Source of the DNA: Balamuthia mandrillaris
Taxonomy: Eukaryota
Length of the DNA: 64,000 bases
Assembly (NCBI GenBank): GCA_031835245.2
Contig: JAVKOQ020000040.1
Location: 62,001 to 126,000 of the forward strand
Reading direction: 5' to 3'
In this document: piece by piece, positions 60,501 through 64,000 of the stretch
How positions within the stretch are numbered: position 1 is the first letter of the stretch
Layout: the number at the start of each line of letters is the position of its first letter
The notes under the pieces: model-generated
Databases searched by the model: none
Seen by the model: the letters and a program-made list of their open reading frames with translations, nothing else
Told to the model about the DNA's origin: nothing
Translations under genes and position numbers: made by a program

Positions 60501-61620
60501 AAGAAGAAGAAGAAGAAGAAGAAGAACGAAGAACGAAGAACGAAGAACGAAGAACGAAGAACGAAGAACGAAGAAGAACAAGAAGAAGAATAAGAATAAG
60601 AACAAGAAAAGCAGCAGCAAAGCGTACCTAAAATAAGCGGAAATAGTAGAATACTGCAAATGAAAACCATACAGGTTCTGCCTCTCGTTGATAAAAGTCA
60701 TCAAACGATCCATATTCTCAAAACATTTTGAGGGCTGAACAAACCTAAAGTCGTCTCCCCTTTTGTTCAAGTAAAAGTCAAAAGACTGAAAGAAAGGACA
60801 AGAAAGAGCATATTGTACCAAAGGAATAGAATGTTGTCTGTGGAGTACTGAGACGCTCTTTCTCTGAGATGTTCGACGAAAATCTCAGCCCTTCTTTCGA
60901 TGTTTCTATCGTTGATGCTCGTCGCTTCTCTTTCCCAATCCGTTCCTTCAGCTCCCAACAAAGAAGAGTAATGGTCATGGAGAACGTGAGTGAAGAGCCC
61001 GTTTTCTTTGTCGTTGTTGTCCGTCTGACCGAACCAAAGGAACTCTTTTCGCTTTTGTCTTCCAAAGGCCTTCTTTTGGTGTAACGGTATCCTGTTGATG
61101 ATCTTCGTGTGGAGAGTCTCAGAATATAACAAGAGCAAGAAAGAAGAAACAGCAAAATGAAAACGAGAGAATAAAGAAGACTGCAAAAGAGGATGAGAAA
61201 AGCAAGAAAACGAGGAGAGGAAGACGAACAGCAGCATGGTGACCAACGGAGGAAAAGAGAATTGGAGTTAAAGCCGAGTGGCCAAACGGATCTGTTTGTT
61301 GAAGGCAATAGTTCAACGCAGAATGAGAGAACTAGAAAAGACAGGAACAACAGGAAAGAAGAGAGGAACCTATATGATAGGCTACCGGCGGCGTCGTCAC
61401 GTTAAACTCCTCCCACAAATACTGATGACCTACAGATGTTTTTAAGATACAAAGATAAATGAACATTCTCTTGTTCTCACATTATCTCTTCTCTTCACTT
61501 TCTCTCTTCTCTTTCTCTCGTTCTCCCTTCTGTCTTCTCTTCTTCTCATCCCCTCGCCCTCTCTCTGCTTCTTTACTTCTGCTTCTTCCTCTTCTCTGCT
61601 TCTCCCTTCAGCTTCTCTCT

Positions 61621-61660
<40 letters not shown>

Positions 61661-62055
61661 CTCCCTCTTCTCTGCTTCTCTCTTTGCAACACCCAAACAA
61701 CCAACATACCGAGTTCGATCTGTTGGAGGGCAGCCTCCAAGGTGACCAGGGCCTCATCGTGCTGAACCCACCCGCCGCCAACGAGCTCCATCTGTCCCTC
61801 CTCCACCAACGCCCGCACGACCGCGCTCCAGCTCTCATCCCCTTTCGTCGTTCGTCGTGCGGAGAGTCGCTGAAGACATGGCGTGGGAAGAAGACTCGAA
61901 GAAGGGGAGGAGGAGAGAAAACGATGAAGAAAGCTTGTTTCAGACCAGATGAAGGTCTTGGTGGGATCCCCGCAAAGCGCAGCCAACGTGCGAGAGAGGA
62001 TGGTTTGCACCTTGGCTCGATGGTAGCCCTTTTTTTTTTTGTGTAAAGTGAGAAA

Positions 62056-62091
<36 letters not shown>

Positions 62092-62294
62092 ACCTCGAAA
62101 GTGTCCTTCCAGCCTGGATCCACGTGTGAGTGAGGCACGATGAACACTTCTTTGCGTTGTTGAGTGGTGGCTTGGCTGGCGATGACCACGCTGAGCGAGC
62201 AAAGTAAAAGCACGAGGCCGAACGGTGGGACAGCCGCGTTGGGGCTTCGCCCTTGCCACCACCCTAACGTTGGGGCTGTCCTCTTTCTCCTCAT
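57553..62294 (-). CDS. GH38 alpha-mannosidase with internal multi-TM insertion, multi-exon
   Basis: VFIVPHSHVDPGW, FIWSE, ELVGGGWVQHDEA, AYHI-DPFGHSA (nucleophile Asp), GDDF, YWSGFYSTRPLLK, LLQHHDAITGT, FNSLGWNR, SGAYLF, GNYYP, LEVMLHR. Confidence 0.9.
60355..60605. repeat. (GAA)n / (GAAGAAC)n microsatellite in a mannosidase intron
   Basis: About 250-bp purine tract between GH38 exons. Confidence 0.95.
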
Positions 62295-62323
62295 CCTCCT
62301 TCTTCCGTTCCCTTTCTGGTGAA

Positions 62324-63566
62324 ATGGCAGCGTTACCTGCTGACTGCAAAAAAAAAAGGGTGAAGATGGAAACGAAGAAGAAGGAGGAGGAGGAGGAGGG
62401 GACACCGCCGAGGGCGGTCGGTGTTCTACAACAACAGGACGGGGCCCCGCGACCCCCCGCCCTTCCCGCCCTCCTTCAACCCTTTGCTCATGCCACCAGC
62501 TGCGTCCTCTCCCACCGGTGGCTGTCGGCCTTGCCCCCCGAGATCGGGCAGCTGGCCGCCCTGACCAGCTGCGACCTCTCCTTCACCAGGCTGATGGCCT
62601 TGCCCCCCGAGTTCGGGCGCCTCTCCGCCCTCACCAGCTGCAACCTTTCCAACAGTTGGTTGGGCTGCAAGGGCCTGCCTCCCGAGTTCGGGCAGCTGGC
62701 CGCCCTCACCGACTGCAACCTCTCCAACAACCGGCTGCAGGGCCTGCCGCCCGGGTTCGGCCGGCTGACCGCCCTCACCCACCTCGACCTCTCCCGCAAC
62801 GAGCTAGAGGGCCTGCCCCACGAGTTCGGCCGGCTGACCGCCCTCACCCGCCTCGACCTCTCCCGCAACCAGCTGCAGGGCCTGCCGAAGGAGTTTTGGC
62901 GGCTCTCCTCCTTGACCTCCCTCGATCTGAGCCTCAACAGGCTGGAGGCCCTGCCGAGGGCGCTCGGCCAACGGCTGACCGCCCTCGCGCATTGCCGCCT
63001 GTGCTGGGGTCCCTACCCCTTGCCGCCCAGCAGCAGCAGCAGCAGCAGATGGCTGAGCTTGGCCTTCCTTGAGCAGAGGGAGGCCAATCGCTTGGCAGCC
63101 CTGCCCTCCTCGGCCTTTCGGCTGCTTCCTTTGTTTCACGCGGAGCTCTCCTACCAACCCTGCGCACAACCTGAAGCAGAACAACAACACGAAGCACAAG
63201 AAGAGAACAACGCCCACGAAGAAGAAGCGGAAGAGCAGGAGGCAGAGAGAGCGCAGAACAAGAACAAGAACGGGAAGAGGGCAAAGCCAAGTCGGCCAGC
63301 TACCGACTCCCACGGCAACAGCTGCAAGCAAGTGGGTGTGAGAAGCTTGTGGGAGTGGAGCGGAGAGGTGGTGCTGAGAAACCGGCTTTTGCCAGCAGGC
63401 ACCTTGCGCTCAGTGCCAGACTTGCCCTTTGCTTGGATTGCATCTTCTTCTTCCTCCTCATCATCCTCTGAAATGGTATATTATCCGTCTTCATGTTCTT
63501 CTTCTTCTTCTTCTTGTTCTTCTTGTTCTTGTTCTTCTTCTTCTTCTTCTTCTTCTTCTTCTTCTT

Positions 63567-63597
<31 letters not shown>

Positions 63598-63976
63598 TCT
63601 TCTGAAGGAGAAGGACCAACAACTCACCCAAACCCAGCCAGAGCAAGAGGAATCAAATGGAGGAGGACAACTACAACAACAGGAGGAGGAGGAGGAAGAA
63701 AACAGAAGGGCGGTGGTGCTACCAGAGGAGGTGAAGGAGCGATTGGAAAGGTTGCAGAGGAGATGTGATGTGTGTGAAGCCCTGTTTTTAGCAGTAGAAG
63801 ACAGGATGGGCGAACAAGAAGAAGAAGAAGAAGAAGAAGAAGAAGAAGGGATCATGCTGGTGAGACGGTTTTGGGACAAGGAAAGCAAACTCTGGTGGGA
63901 GTTGTTGTGCTGCAGCCAACGCTGCCTCGACCGTCCCCTTGCCGGCTGTTCCCTTGGCAGAAGGGAACAGAAATAA
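62324..63976 (+). CDS. Single-exon LRR protein with C-terminal BC-box-like and Cys-rich motifs (LRRC58/LRRC28-like architecture)
   Basis: About seven 23-aa LRRs (LTALTHLDLSRNELEGLPHEFGR), then VRSLWEWSGEVVLR, LPEEVKERL, CDVC and CCSQRC. Confidence 0.82.
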
Positions 63977-64000
63977 GTCTCAAGCGGCAATATAGAGCAC

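Overview
This is eukaryotic genomic DNA with no CRISPR array, rRNA gene or intact transposon. It is gene-dense, with short GT-AG introns that often carry sense-strand (CT)n microsatellites. The style and gene content suggest a free-living amoebozoan such as Balamuthia, but that is inference only. About 19 protein-coding loci are visible: a secreted tandem-domain Cu/Zn SOD (cut off by the window edge), a CBM20-GDPD (GPCPD1/GDE1-like), a ~12.8 kb gene for a very large type I membrane receptor, an F-box protein, phenylalanine hydroxylase, a SAP-like protein, an LRAT/NlpC-P60 protein, a Kelch-like protein, an RRM protein, two LRR proteins with BC-box-like motifs, a C2-domain protein, a GT-A glycosyltransferase and a GH38 alpha-mannosidase with an internal 4-TM insert. 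An SDR + Mug135-like cassette is present as an inverted duplication plus decayed fragments. The most notable signal is non-coding: a circularly permuted tRNA-Met(CAU) gene. Its 3' half (6106-6150) lies upstream of its 5' half (6277-6303), and the halves join into a fully paired cloverleaf with an unusual 28/29 junction. It sits in a structured Pol III-like unit preceded by four stand-alone B-box/T-arm relics. A second degenerate tRNA-like element with its own B-box array lies at ~1.9-2.6 kb. Exon boundaries were read by eye and are approximate.
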